Source of the DNA: Promethearchaeota archaeon
GTDB lineage: Archaea; Asgardarchaeota; Lokiarchaeia; Sigyniarchaeales; SOKP01
Direction of reading: 5' to 3'
NCBI GenBank assembly: GCA_030599585.1
Contig: JAUVNS010000005.1
Location: 1 to 64,000, forward strand
DNA length: 64,000 bases
Shown here: one piece after another, positions 46,764 through 57,127 of the stretch
Layout: each line of letters opens with the position of its first letter
How positions within the stretch are numbered: the first letter of the stretch is position 1
Notes under the pieces: model-generated
The model's input: only the letters and a program-made list of their open reading frames with translations
Told to the model about the DNA's origin: nothing
The model's database searches: none
Position numbers and translations under genes: made by a program

Positions 46764-47885
46764 TTAATTCTCTAACACGCTCGGTATTTTTCCTTCAATT
46801 AATAATTGATCTAAAAATACTATCGCTAATATTGATTCTACTACTACGACTGCTCTTGGAACTATGCAAGGGTCATGGTCCCCTTCTAATTCGATTTCAG
46901 TTTCTTTCATTGTTCTAAAATTGACAGTTTTTTGCCGCATTCCTATAGATGCCGTTGGTTTTATAGCGACTCGTAAAGTTATAGGCATTCCTGTAGAAAT
47001 GCCCCCAATTATCCCTCCTGAATCGTTTTTTAAGGTCGATATCTCCCCATTTTTTATAATCCAAGGATCGTTGTGTTCTGATCCCTTCATATTCGCAACT
47101 TTAAAACCAGCGCCAAATTCTATACCTTTGATTGCCGGGATCGCAAAAATGGCTCTACTAATCTTAGCTTCAAGGCTATTGAAGACTGGCCCACCAATAC
47201 CCGGTGGAATATTTTTAACAACACACTTTATACTTCCACCTACTGAGTCCTTCAAATTTTTAACGGATTCGATTTCATTTTCCATTTTTATTGATAATTT
47301 CGCATTTAGAGATTTTACAAGAGATTTTTCCCTTATTTTAACAAGTTGCTCAAAATTATCTTCAGAATACTCAGTTGGGTCTGTTATTTTTCCAATACTC
47401 TCTGTATATGCAAATGTAAAGATGTTGAATTTGTTTAAAATCAATTTCGCGATTGCACCTGCCATTACAAATCCAGCAGTTATTCTCCCTGAAAACCTTC
47501 CTGATCCACGATAATCCGCAAATCCCCCATATTTCTTTATTGAAACATAATCTACATGAGAAGGTCTTAAAAATTCTTTAAATTTATCGTATTTTGTTGA
47601 ATCAAATGATTGGTTTTTGATAATTAAACAAATTGGAGCTCCAGTTGTTTTATCTTTAAAAATTCCCGATAGAACCTCAACTTTGTCTGATTCTTTACGG
47701 GCTGTAGCCAAGTGCGATTGCCCAGGTTTTCGTTTATCTAATTCATGTTGAATAAATTCTAAATCAAAATTTAATCCCGCGGGTGTACCATCAATCAAAA
47801 CTCCAATTACTTTACCATGACTCTCTCCAAAAGAAGAAATTTTAAATCTTGTTCCTAACGTGTTATCTCCCATTATAACCATCAT
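46764..47885 (-). CDS. aroC: Chorismate synthase
   Basis: FGESHG, RPSHVD, RFSGRIT, DSVGG, IKGIEFG, GGISTG, KPTASI, HDPCIVPRA. Confidence 0.95.
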   Translation of the reverse strand: MMVIMGDNTLGTRFKISSFGESHGKVIGVLIDGTPAGLNFDLEFIQHELDKRKPGQSHLATARKESDKVEVLSGIFKDKTTGAPICLIIKNQSFDSTKYDKFKEFLRPSHVDYVSIKKYGGFADYRGSGRFSGRITAGFVMAGAIAKLILNKFNIFTFAYTESIGKITDPTEYSEDNFEQLVKIREKSLVKSLNAKLSIKMENEIESVKNLKDSVGGSIKCVVKNIPPGIGGPVFNSLEAKISRAIFAIPAIKGIEFGAGFKVANMKGSEHNDPWIIKNGEISTLKNDSGGIIGGISTGMPITLRVAIKPTASIGMRQKTVNFRTMKETEIELEGDHDPCIVPRAVVVVESILAIVFLDQLLIEGKIPSVLEN

Positions 47886-48080
47886 AGATGTAATATATTT
47901 GAACCATATTCATTACATAGGTCAATTAATATATAATGAGTAGTCTGCGCTTATTATGTTTTGTGAATCTTATAATTTATGTTATCCATATCTATTTAAA
48001 CTTAATATACTAATAAAAACAAAATTATATTGAAAGCCTTCATTTATTTTTACTTAGCATCCATTTAAATCAATCAGAAT

Positions 48081-49415
48081 ATGAAAAAAATGAAACTTAG
48101 AATAGCTCCAACAAAAAAACTTAGTGGTACTATAAATGCTCCACCATCTAAGAGTTACTCTCATCGTGCTTTTATCGCTTCTAGCTTAACAAAGGGAGTT
48201 TCAATTATTAAAAACCCTTTAATTTCTGGTGATGTTGGTGTGACGATTAAAATTTTAGAAGCGTTAGGCAATAAAGTGTCAAAAGCATCAAACAATTCCT
48301 TTATTGTTAAAAGCAACTATAAAAATTACAAATCAATTAAAAATTTGTTAGATTGCGGGAATTCTGGTACGTCTATCAGAATATTTACTGCACTTGCAAT
48401 GTTAATTGATGGTGGGTTGTCTTTTACCGGGGAATTCATAAAAAGGAAGCGACCGATTATTCCCTTATTGGATGCATTAGAAAATATTGGATGTGATTAT
48501 AGATTAACCGAAAAAGAATTAAAGGTAAAGCGTAAAGGAAAAAAATGTGATGTTATAAAAATTCCTGGAGATATTAGTTCCCAGTTTGTTTCAGCTCTAC
48601 TTATGATGTGTCCTTTGTTAGATTGCAAGAAAAGAAATTCAATCATTGTAGAAGTTACATCTCCCATAACTTCTTATCCATATGTTAAAATCACTTTGGA
48701 TGTATTAAGCTCATTTGGTATTAAAGTTCAAGAGAAAATAAACGATGAGAAAGTAGGTTCATATTTAATTGCATGTCAGCAAAACTATAGAGCCCAAACG
48801 TACGAAATACCTGGTGATTTTTCTTCGATTTCGTTTATACTAGCCGCCACAATATTAACTCCTGAAGAATCACAGGTTGTTATAAAAAATTTAAATTTCG
48901 AAAAACCTCAAGGAGATCAAAGAATTATTGAGATTTTACAAGAAATGGGTGCGAATATCAAGACTATGAAAGAAAATAATTGTCTTATCGTAAATGGTGG
49001 TATTAATCAGAATCCTTTGACTGGTATAACGATAGATATCAAAGACACTCCCGATTTATTTCCAATATTATCGATTATTGGAGCATATGCTAAGGGTAAG
49101 ACAGAAATATACAATGCGTTAAATCTTAGAAAAAAAGAAAGCGATAGAATTTCGATAATTGCTAAAGAATTAAGTAAAATGGGTGTCAAAGTGATTGAGG
49201 AAAATGATAAGATCACAATTTATCACTGCAAGGAATTAAGAGGAACTTCCTTTAATCATGAAAATGATCATAGAATTGCGATGTCTTTAACCATAGCAAG
49301 CTTATTTGCTCAAGGCACATCCTTAATTGAAAACATTGAGATTGTGGAAGATTCATACCCGAATTTCGTAGATCACATAAAAAAATTAGGCGCAAATGTA
49401 AACTTGGTAGAATAA
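48081..49415 (+). CDS. aroA: EPSP synthase
   Basis: PSKSYSHRA, GNSGTSIR, SSQFVSAL, KESDRI, DHRIAM, SYPNF. Confidence 0.96.
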   Translation: MKKMKLRIAPTKKLSGTINAPPSKSYSHRAFIASSLTKGVSIIKNPLISGDVGVTIKILEALGNKVSKASNNSFIVKSNYKNYKSIKNLLDCGNSGTSIRIFTALAMLIDGGLSFTGEFIKRKRPIIPLLDALENIGCDYRLTEKELKVKRKGKKCDVIKIPGDISSQFVSALLMMCPLLDCKKRNSIIVEVTSPITSYPYVKITLDVLSSFGIKVQEKINDEKVGSYLIACQQNYRAQTYEIPGDFSSISFILAATILTPEESQVVIKNLNFEKPQGDQRIIEILQEMGANIKTMKENNCLIVNGGINQNPLTGITIDIKDTPDLFPILSIIGAYAKGKTEIYNALNLRKKESDRISIIAKELSKMGVKVIEENDKITIYHCKELRGTSFNHENDHRIAMSLTIASLFAQGTSLIENIEIVEDSYPNFVDHIKKLGANVNLVE

Positions 49416-49431
49416 TTCACATTAAAATAAA

Positions 49432-49848
49432 TTATCTAAACGATTTTTGTCGTCTAGCCCTTGCTTTTTTTCCCCCAAAATGTTTAGGTTCAGTTCTTCT
49501 TGAATCTCCTGAGAGAAGAGATTCATCGTATTCTCTGAAAGATTTTTCAATTGTTTTCGTTCCAATAAATTTATTTAACGATTTAGCGATTGCTATTCGA
49601 ACCGCATCAGTTTGTCCCATTTTTCCACCGCCTCTTACTCTAACCGAAATGTCACATTTTTCTATTTTAGGGTGGTCGATAACATCTAATACTTCTTGAA
49701 TGCGCATTCTTCCTATATCCGGTTCATAATTTTCTAAAGGTACATTATTTATCTTTATTTGTCCTTTAGCCGGATACTTTAAAACTGCTCTAGCGATCGC
49801 TGTTTTTCTCTTACCCGAAGATTGTATTACTTTTGTTCTTTCAGACAT
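49432..49848 (-). CDS. rps9: 30S ribosomal protein S9 (uS9)
   Basis: GKRKTAIARA, GGGKMGQ, DSRRTEPKHFGG..ARARRQKSFR. Confidence 0.97.
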   Translation of the reverse strand: MSERTKVIQSSGKRKTAIARAVLKYPAKGQIKINNVPLENYEPDIGRMRIQEVLDVIDHPKIEKCDISVRVRGGGKMGQTDAVRIAIAKSLNKFIGTKTIEKSFREYDESLLSGDSRRTEPKHFGGKKARARRQKSFR

Positions 49849-49853
49849 AATTT

Positions 49854-50324
49854 TTAGGCCTCAATTTCTAATTTATTCCATCCTATTCTCAAACAAAGAT
49901 TTTCTAAAGTAATAAATTTGTTGTAATAAGAAAGTCTTTTCTTTTCTGAATTCGGTATATCTGTTGGTATTAAATTCTGATACCTCTTTTGGAAGCGATC
50001 AGGAATTCCTTCGATATATATATGAACTCTTTTTAATGCATCCTTACCCCTAATTTTTTTTGTAGGGAGCATTTTTTTTATTACATTCCTCATAAAGGTA
50101 TCAGGGCGTCTAGGCCAGAAAGGACCACGCCTTGGATTAGTTGCTGTACTTATATTCAGCTTTTCTAGATATTTATTGTGAATATTTTGCTTAGTACCAC
50201 TTATGATTGCATCTTTAGCATTAATAATGACAATTTTTTCACCAAGTAATGCCTTTTTTGCTGCTTGGCTACAAAATCTTCCTAAAATTTTATCCTTAGC
50301 ATCCAATAAAAGATATTCCTGCAT
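49854..50324 (-). CDS. rpl13: 50S ribosomal protein L13 (uL13)
   Basis: DAKDKILGRF, NPRRGPFWPRRPD, MLP. Confidence 0.96.
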   Translation of the reverse strand: MQEYLLLDAKDKILGRFCSQAAKKALLGEKIVIINAKDAIISGTKQNIHNKYLEKLNISTATNPRRGPFWPRRPDTFMRNVIKKMLPTKKIRGKDALKRVHIYIEGIPDRFQKRYQNLIPTDIPNSEKKRLSYYNKFITLENLCLRIGWNKLEIEA

Positions 50325-50346
50325 CTATTCTCCACCCCATTTTTTA

Positions 50347-50703
50347 CTAATAAAATACTTTAACATCTTTACCTTCAGGATTTTGTTCAAGTAATTCCTC
50401 TATTGATAATAGCTTACTTCCTGAAGTTTCTATTTTTTTTCTAGCAGTTTTGGAACAAGTTAAACAAGCTATAGTTAACTTATGGTCAATTTCGCCAATC
50501 CCTAATACTTTGCCTGGAACTACAATAACATCATTTTCTTTGGTTTTTTTGTTAATTCTATAGAGATTTGCTTCAACTTTCTCTCTTCGGGGACCTGATA
50601 ACTTTTTTGAAACCTTCTTCCAAATTCTCTGCTTAGTTTTCCATAATTCTCGGATCAGTTTTCTATTGTAATAGTTACTTGGTCCTGTAATGCGATGGCT
50701 CAT
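50347..50703 (-). CDS. rpl18e: 50S ribosomal protein L18e (eL18)
   Basis: IWKKVS..L..PRR, NLYRIN, VVPGKVLG. Confidence 0.95.
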   Translation of the reverse strand: MSHRITGPSNYYNRKLIRELWKTKQRIWKKVSKKLSGPRREKVEANLYRINKKTKENDVIVVPGKVLGIGEIDHKLTIACLTCSKTARKKIETSGSKLLSIEELLEQNPEGKDVKVFY

Positions 50704-50781
50704 ACTACTAAATCATTTGATTTTTTAATTTTAAAATTATAAACATTAAAATTTTTAATATTTTAATAAATTTGCGGTTGA

Positions 50782-51621
50782 TTATGATTCTATATCGAGT
50801 TCATCTAATTCTGTAACAAATTCATCGATCTTTTCGTTATAGACTTCAAAAACTTTTTTAATTAATGCGTTATATTCCAGCACACCATCACTTTCAATAG
50901 AAAAGATATAAGAATCCTCTTTTGAACTTACGCTTATCTTTTCACCAGAGTTTTTCTCACAAGAATTGCATAAAGTGCAATATTTCCAATATTCGTTCTT
51001 TAATTTGAGTGATCCATTACTAGCTAATTCGAATAATTTCTCAGGACACATTTTAATTATTAAATCATTCTCTTCTGCGTCTTTAAGTGCGCTCGCATCG
51101 AATTTTACCTCGGGATAATGTCTAAATGCCACATTCGATACAGCCTGCCATTTTGCATGGTCTTTTGCCAAACCTAAGATTGCATAGGCTTCGATAATAA
51201 CTTTATCATTTTTATCAATTTTGACGATCGGGATAAAATCGTCAACTGGTACTATTTTTGGGTCATTAGATTTCAAATCACCGGAGTAGATTTCTAATGA
51301 AGCATTGGTAGTGTTAGTAATTTCGCATGTTAAGGAAACTTGGCAGAGTGGACACCCATAACCTGAACACTCGCACTCCTTAGGGAGTTTGTACACCTCT
51401 AAATCAGTTTTAAGGGGTATTAAACCAAGTCTATGACTAATAATTTCATCATATAACGGAGAATCATTTTTCAAAATGATTACTTCGTCAATAGCCATTA
51501 CAGGTACTTCTGTAAGTATTATTCGCCTTATTGCATTTAACATTTCAACAGAAATTCCTTCAACTACTAAAACTAATCTATGTTCACTCTTTTCAAGAAT
51601 ATCAAGTTTTAAGGGTATCAT
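50782..51621 (-). CDS. rpoD: DNA-directed RNA polymerase subunit D (Rpo3)
   Basis: NAIRRIILTEVPVMAI, DEIISHRLGLIP, HAKWQ, Fe-S-like insert (CPE...CTLCNSC), ESDG. Confidence 0.96.
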   Translation of the reverse strand: MIPLKLDILEKSEHRLVLVVEGISVEMLNAIRRIILTEVPVMAIDEVIILKNDSPLYDEIISHRLGLIPLKTDLEVYKLPKECECSGYGCPLCQVSLTCEITNTTNASLEIYSGDLKSNDPKIVPVDDFIPIVKIDKNDKVIIEAYAILGLAKDHAKWQAVSNVAFRHYPEVKFDASALKDAEENDLIIKMCPEKLFELASNGSLKLKNEYWKYCTLCNSCEKNSGEKISVSSKEDSYIFSIESDGVLEYNALIKKVFEVYNEKIDEFVTELDELDIES

Positions 51622-51731
51622 TTTACTTTATAACTCATTAAATAGGATATAATGCATTAACTACTTGTTAAAACGTGTAATTTAAGAAAAACTTTACTAT
51701 TTAAAACTAAGAATAATTTTAGAAAAAGGTT

Positions 51732-53060
51732 TTAATAAAACTTCAAATATTCATACGCTTTGTTAGGGGTTTGAAAACAATATTTAATTTCTTGAAAATC
51801 CTTTTTAAATTCAGCGACGTCTTGTTTAACTTTCTGAGGATCTTTTTTGTCGATAAGTAATTCTTTAAAGAATTCTGCAATATCAACCATTTCGCTTCTT
51901 CCCATTCCAAGTCGGGTGATTTCAGAGGTGCCTAATCGTAAACCACCAGGATTCATATAATGTCTTCCTTGAGTAATATCCCATGGTAAGAGGTTTCTGT
52001 TTATAATGATATTTGCTTCCTCTACTAATCTTTCAATATCCCCGCCTAGGCCGATGGTCTTTTCGAAATTTGTAATATCAACAACAATCTGATGAGATTC
52101 TGTAAAATTTTTATGTTCCATCAGAGCATTAATACCCCTTTCGTAAAGAGCTTGACCTAACGCTTTAGCATTATCTATCACTTTTTTGTGATAATCTTTC
52201 CCAAATTCTAACATTTCAGCATATGTAACGGCCAATCCTGCAACGTGATGTAAGTGATGGTTAGATAACAAAGCTGGAAACACATTGGGTCGTAAAGTTT
52301 CAATTAAATCCTCTCTATCTGATAAAAGTGTTCCATGTTGGGGCCCTGGAAGCGTTTTATGCGTGCTTAGTGTCATTACATCTGCTCCTTCTCTTAAAGG
52401 GTCTTGAAAATAACCAGAACCTATTAGCCCAGCCACATGTGCTGCGTCGTATCCCACACTTGCTCCTACATCTTTTGCTACTTCACTAAGTTCACTAACA
52501 GGGTGAGGAAAGAGAAATACGGAACCTCCAAATAAAACTAATTCAGGTTTGAACTCCCTTATAATTTTAGCTGTAGCATCCGGATCGATATTCATCTCGT
52601 CATTATCAAACGCCATGTATCCGATATTCAATCCACGTACGGTTCCAGCAGTTCCATAAATCGCCATACCACTTTTTGTGAATTTAGGTGCGTGAGAAAT
52701 GTGTCCACCCTTTGGTATAGGCATTATCAGCATTTTGCCATTATTTTCTGATGTAAACGCATTATACATTGCTAAATTTGCTACAACCCCAGAAATGGGT
52801 CGCACATCTGCGTGAACACATTTAAAATACTCTTTTGCAAGGTCCATACATATATCTTCAACTAAATCAATATACTTGCATCCAGCATAAACCCGTTGTC
52901 CAACCCATCCTTCTGCGTATCTGTGAGAAAAATCGCTATTACAAGCTTCATCTACAGCAGGACTGGTAATGTTTTCTGACGCTATAAGTGGGATTGATTT
53001 ACTAAATAATTCATTATGTTCGATGAGTATATTTCTAATTTCTTCTACTTTCTTATTCAA
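51732..53060 (-). CDS. glyA: Serine hydroxymethyltransferase (archaeal type)
   Basis: LIASEN, RYAEG, GGHISH, DAAHVAGL, STHKTLPGPQ, GLRLGT. Confidence 0.96.
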   Translation of the reverse strand: MNKKVEEIRNILIEHNELFSKSIPLIASENITSPAVDEACNSDFSHRYAEGWVGQRVYAGCKYIDLVEDICMDLAKEYFKCVHADVRPISGVVANLAMYNAFTSENNGKMLIMPIPKGGHISHAPKFTKSGMAIYGTAGTVRGLNIGYMAFDNDEMNIDPDATAKIIREFKPELVLFGGSVFLFPHPVSELSEVAKDVGASVGYDAAHVAGLIGSGYFQDPLREGADVMTLSTHKTLPGPQHGTLLSDREDLIETLRPNVFPALLSNHHLHHVAGLAVTYAEMLEFGKDYHKKVIDNAKALGQALYERGINALMEHKNFTESHQIVVDITNFEKTIGLGGDIERLVEEANIIINRNLLPWDITQGRHYMNPGGLRLGTSEITRLGMGRSEMVDIAEFFKELLIDKKDPQKVKQDVAEFKKDFQEIKYCFQTPNKAYEYLKFY

Positions 53061-53314
53061 AAAAAAATCAACACTTTCTCTATTTTAAATTCAATTCTTA
53101 AAAAGAAATAAAATTTCAATGGTTTTAAACCTTTTGACAAATCCCTAGGTTGCCAGAAGCGGAGTAGGTAAAATTTAACGTTATTTAATTGGAATGTTTT
53201 AGAGGAAATGGTGACTTTTATTTTACAATTCGCATTGAAGCGATATAATTAAGGTTAAAAAGCTTTATTTTCCCTCAAAATTTTTAAAAACAATAGAATA
53301 ATCAAAACTTGTGG

Positions 53315-54241
53315 TTATGCATCGTAATTCTTAGAGCTCTCAAGGATTAATCTAGCTTCATACAAGTTTAGTTTTCTGCCTGATTTTTGTTTTTCAAGAG
53401 CAACAGCGAGTTTTTCTTGTTTCAATTTTTCCAGCTGAGAATTTCTATGAGTGAACCGTTTTTGAGGGGGTCTCGGTTTTTTGGACGAATAATTAGATTG
53501 TTTCCCTTTAGATTCTTTTTTCCTCTTATTCATAACTTGAAGGAATTTTTCATGGTAGACGTCAGCCGCTTTTTTGTTTTCAATCAAATTTTCTTCAAGA
53601 ACTTTCTTTTCCTCTCTTAGTTGGTTCACAGTTTGATAAATTTCAAGCATTTTAGCGTGATAATCTTGAGATTTGCTTGACCATTTATTTAATTGCTCAT
53701 AAATCTTGTTTAAGTTAATTTTAACAATTTGAATCTTGCGTTCGATTTTATATACATCAGTATCTTCTTGTTCAGCTAAAAAATCTACTTTAATTTTCGC
53801 TAAGTCTCTAATTTGATCGACCATAGCGTTTTCTTCCAGTATATCTAAATTTTCGATTTCAATCCGCCTTTCGAGATTGTCGATCTTCTTCTCTATCTGT
53901 CTAACAGACACAAAACTTTTAGAATGACTACCTTTTTTCCTCTTTCCAAGAATTTTTTTTTTCTCTTCAAGAAATTTATCTAAAATCTCTTTGTACTCAT
54001 TTTTTTTGTCTTTTAGTTTTTTTACTTTAGTATTCCAATAGTCTCTTTTTTTTTTGTAGTCTTGTTTGGCAGTGTTTAAGTCTTTTTCAATTTCAATATC
54101 AATAGCTTGTAATTTAGTAATGAAGTCTTTAGTTTTTTTATTTAAATCATCCCGTTTTTGCCTAAATTCTTCGATTTGAAGTTGCAATTCTCGAAAGGAA
54201 TTCCTTGAAGTTTGAGGGGTATTTGTGTTTGCTCTACTCAT
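53315..54241 (-). CDS. Archaeal coiled-coil protein (COG1340-like)
   Basis: Long heptad repeats; KRDDLN...KRDYWN, YHAKM, ADVYHEKF, C-terminal KSGRKLNLYE. Confidence 0.75.
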   Translation of the reverse strand: MSRANTNTPQTSRNSFRELQLQIEEFRQKRDDLNKKTKDFITKLQAIDIEIEKDLNTAKQDYKKKRDYWNTKVKKLKDKKNEYKEILDKFLEEKKKILGKRKKGSHSKSFVSVRQIEKKIDNLERRIEIENLDILEENAMVDQIRDLAKIKVDFLAEQEDTDVYKIERKIQIVKINLNKIYEQLNKWSSKSQDYHAKMLEIYQTVNQLREEKKVLEENLIENKKAADVYHEKFLQVMNKRKKESKGKQSNYSSKKPRPPQKRFTHRNSQLEKLKQEKLAVALEKQKSGRKLNLYEARLILESSKNYDA

Positions 54242-54415
54242 AGATTAATTCATTAACGAGTATTTATAAAAAAGGTTTCAATATAGCATTTAATATAGCA
54301 TTTATTTTATATTTTGCTCAAACTCGTGAAAAAAAATTACAATTTTGTAAAATTACCCCTGCTAATTTATTAAAATAAATATAATTGCTAAATTAAAACT
54401 ACAGATTTATTAGAA

Positions 54416-55300
54416 GTGATGGAAATGGAAGATGGTTTAATAAAGCCAAACGATTTAATTTATTTAATTCTTGATGCAAGAAGAAGATGGTTAGTAAAGG
54501 TAGAAGAAGGAAGAGAATTCCAAACTCATAAAGGAACAGTGAAATTTGACGAAGTTATAGGTAAACCGTTTGGATCTGTAGTATTTTCTCAACCCTACGA
54601 AACTCAAGGATATAAATTCTATGTTCTTAAGCCTTTACCTTCTGATTATGTAATTTATATGAGTCGTAAAACTCAAATAATCTATCCAGAAGATGCCGGA
54701 TTAATTTTGATTTATACGGGGATTAGCCCTGGTAGCGTAGTCATTGAAGCTGGTTGTGGTTCTGGGGCATTGACGTGTATTTTAGGAAACTATGTTAGAC
54801 CGAATGGGCACATTTTTTCGTACGATATAAGAGAACAAAGTTTAAAAAAGGCTAAAAACAATGTTCTTAAGGCGGGGTTAAGTGATTTCGTATCAATTCA
54901 ATATGGCGACATAACAAATGACGACTTGGGACATAAAAATGTTGACTCAGTTGTTTTAGATATGCCGCAACCGTGGATGGCAATTGAGAAAGTCAAACAA
55001 TATCTCAAACTTAGCGGAACTTTAGTATCGTTTTCACCAGCGATAGAGCAGGTGAAAAAAACAACTATTGCCCTGAGAGAGAACGACTTTTACGAGATAA
55101 ATACTTACGAATTAATAAAAAGGAAATATCAGGTGAAAAGTAACGCGACTCATCCCGAAGTAAGAATGATTGGTCATACAGGTTATATGACTTTTGCACG
55201 AAAGATTCAGGACGTTAAAAATCCATATAGAGCGCGGACACCAAAACAGAAAGAATATGTGACGATGAATGGAATGCCTTTAAGTGGTGAGAATTTGTAA
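54416..55300 (+). CDS. trmI: tRNA (adenine-N1)-methyltransferase
   Basis: FQTHKG, RKTQIIYPED, EAGCGSGALT, LDMPQPW, FSPAIEQ, HTGY. Confidence 0.95.
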   Translation: MMEMEDGLIKPNDLIYLILDARRRWLVKVEEGREFQTHKGTVKFDEVIGKPFGSVVFSQPYETQGYKFYVLKPLPSDYVIYMSRKTQIIYPEDAGLILIYTGISPGSVVIEAGCGSGALTCILGNYVRPNGHIFSYDIREQSLKKAKNNVLKAGLSDFVSIQYGDITNDDLGHKNVDSVVLDMPQPWMAIEKVKQYLKLSGTLVSFSPAIEQVKKTTIALRENDFYEINTYELIKRKYQVKSNATHPEVRMIGHTGYMTFARKIQDVKNPYRARTPKQKEYVTMNGMPLSGENL

Positions 55301-55635
55301 TGATAGAATACAGTGATTTTGCAAAATTAGATATGAGGGTTGGTCTAATAATACATTGTGAAAAGGTGCTAAGATCTAAAAATCTTTTCAAGCTAATGAT
55401 TAATTGCGGAGAGAAAGAAAAAAGACAGATTATTACTGGCATTTCACAATTTTATTCACCAGAGGAACTGGTTAATAGGAAAGTTGTTGTTCTAATAAAT
55501 CTTAAACCAAAAAAGATTATGGGATTAGAAAGTCAAGGGATGCTTTTAGCTGCTGATTTGAATAGCGAACCGTTCTTGTTAAAAATAGATGAAAGAAACG
55601 GTAAAAGTATCCCTCCTGGAAGTATTATAAAATAA
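55300..55635 (+). CDS. Stand-alone tRNA-binding OB-fold protein (Trbp111/MetRS C-terminal-like)
   Basis: FAKLDMRVG, RQIITGI, NLKPKKIMGLESQGMLLAA. Confidence 0.9.
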   Translation: MIEYSDFAKLDMRVGLIIHCEKVLRSKNLFKLMINCGEKEKRQIITGISQFYSPEELVNRKVVVLINLKPKKIMGLESQGMLLAADLNSEPFLLKIDERNGKSIPPGSIIK

Positions 55636-56055
55636 TTAGAATCCTTTTAACTTAACGCCGGTTTGCATTATCTTCTTTTTCTTATACCTTTCCGTCATAA
55701 AATAATGCTTTTTTTTATCTGGTAAAATGTTAATATATTTCCTTAGGATATCCTCAACGAAAACTCTTGTCGTTTTATTCGGTATTTTATTCGGATTTGA
55801 GAGGTTTGCTAGAATCTCCTTGTTTTTGGCTTTAGGTGCTAACCCAATGTTTTTTATTGGAATGTGAAAGGAATGAACAAACCATCCTGCAGTTTTCTCT
55901 TCGTGAACAATTACTCGTAGAATATTCGCCTCTTCTTTTTTAATCTTAATATCTACTACCTTTTTCCCCGGTCGTACGATGATAGTTGCATAAATAGGGA
56001 GATTATTTTTAGGATCGTGAATCTTCTTTAAGAATTCCTTTAACTTTTCACTCAT
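55636..56055 (-). CDS. Basic hypothetical protein
   Basis: 139-aa ATG ORF filling the gap between flanking genes; no motif recognised. Confidence 0.7.
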   Translation of the reverse strand: MSEKLKEFLKKIHDPKNNLPIYATIIVRPGKKVVDIKIKKEEANILRVIVHEEKTAGWFVHSFHIPIKNIGLAPKAKNKEILANLSNPNKIPNKTTRVFVEDILRKYINILPDKKKHYFMTERYKKKKIMQTGVKLKGF

Positions 56056-56125
56056 TTTACTTTAAAAAGGCTGTGTAATATATAGCATTAAAGTAGGATA
56101 ATTAATTAAATTTATTGTGTAAATT

Positions 56126-56548
56126 ATGACAGTTATTTTAGAAACATTTTCCATAAACACAAAAAAAAATTGCGATGTAATTAATATAACATCACAAGTT
56201 CAAAATGCGATCGAAAGAAGCGGGTTGAAAAATGGGATCGTTAATGTTCATGTTGCGGGATCTACTGGCGCAATATCAACTGTCGAATACGAGCCCGGAT
56301 TAGTTCAAACAGATATAAAGGAATTCTTGGAAAAAATCATTCCTTATGAAAAAGACTATGCGCATCATAAAACTTGGCACGATTACAACGGAGCGGGGCA
56401 CCTAAGAAGCTTTCTCATTAAAACTTCGCAAACATTCCCATTTCACAATAAGAATTTAATCCTTGGGAGCTGGCAAAACATCATATTCATCGAAAACGAC
56501 GAAAAACCTAGACATCGTAAAATTTATGTAACCTTGATAGGCGAATAA
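56126..56548 (+). CDS. yjbQ: YjbQ/UPF0047 family protein
   Basis: NIT, GSTGAISTVEYEPGL, YAHH...NGAGHLRS, LGSWQ. Confidence 0.92.
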   Translation: MTVILETFSINTKKNCDVINITSQVQNAIERSGLKNGIVNVHVAGSTGAISTVEYEPGLVQTDIKEFLEKIIPYEKDYAHHKTWHDYNGAGHLRSFLIKTSQTFPFHNKNLILGSWQNIIFIENDEKPRHRKIYVTLIGE

Positions 56549-56651
56549 AGCAATTTTCTTTTAATGTCTGAATCAAACGAAGTTATTTGAAATTGTCGAG
56601 ACGGATTATACCTATTCTAATCTTATTTTAAAAAGAAAATGAGTAAAAAAT

Positions 56652-56873
56652 TTAGATTCTTTCGGAAAATTTATTAAATTCATGGACTAGCAGTTTATAG
56701 ACTTCTCTACGGCGAACATTTTCGAATTTATCTATCATCTTTAAGATTGTTTTGTGCCGTTCTTGTATCATACTTTTAAAAATGGGAATTTTACGAACTA
56801 CATCTTCAAATTTATTTTTCTGGATAATTTGATAGTTTAGATATTCCAAAAAATTGTTTTCTTTTTCTGTCAA
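56652..56873 (-). CDS. Hypothetical protein, 73 aa
   Basis: TTG start with AGAGGA SD-like element upstream; helical composition; no motif recognised. Confidence 0.5.
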   Translation of the reverse strand: MTEKENNFLEYLNYQIIQKNKFEDVVRKIPIFKSMIQERHKTILKMIDKFENVRRREVYKLLVHEFNKFSERI

Positions 56874-57127
56874 TTAAATCCTCTTTTTTAGATTACTATA
56901 TTTACCAAATTGAAATAATAATCTATAAAAAATAGTAGTGTCATGTATGTATTTTTCAAGTAATATCAGAGGATTTAGATATTCGGATGTATAGTAGAAA
57001 AAGAACAAAAAATTAAAAATAATGAACTTCACTTACAATATAAAAATTTCATTAAATTAAGTTTAAAAGTAATAGAAGTTTTTTTTTTAAATTTTAGATT
57101 ATCATCAACTTAGAAAGTATTGATATT

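Noticed and set aside
47886-47960. Imperfect hairpins in the aroC/aroA divergent gap
   Set aside because: AT-rich short stems are expected by chance, and there is no leader peptide or recognisable RNA motif.
56554-56610. Short ATG ORF with in-frame TGA followed by a Cys codon
   Set aside because: Only ~18 codons even with readthrough, no recognisable motif and no SECIS.
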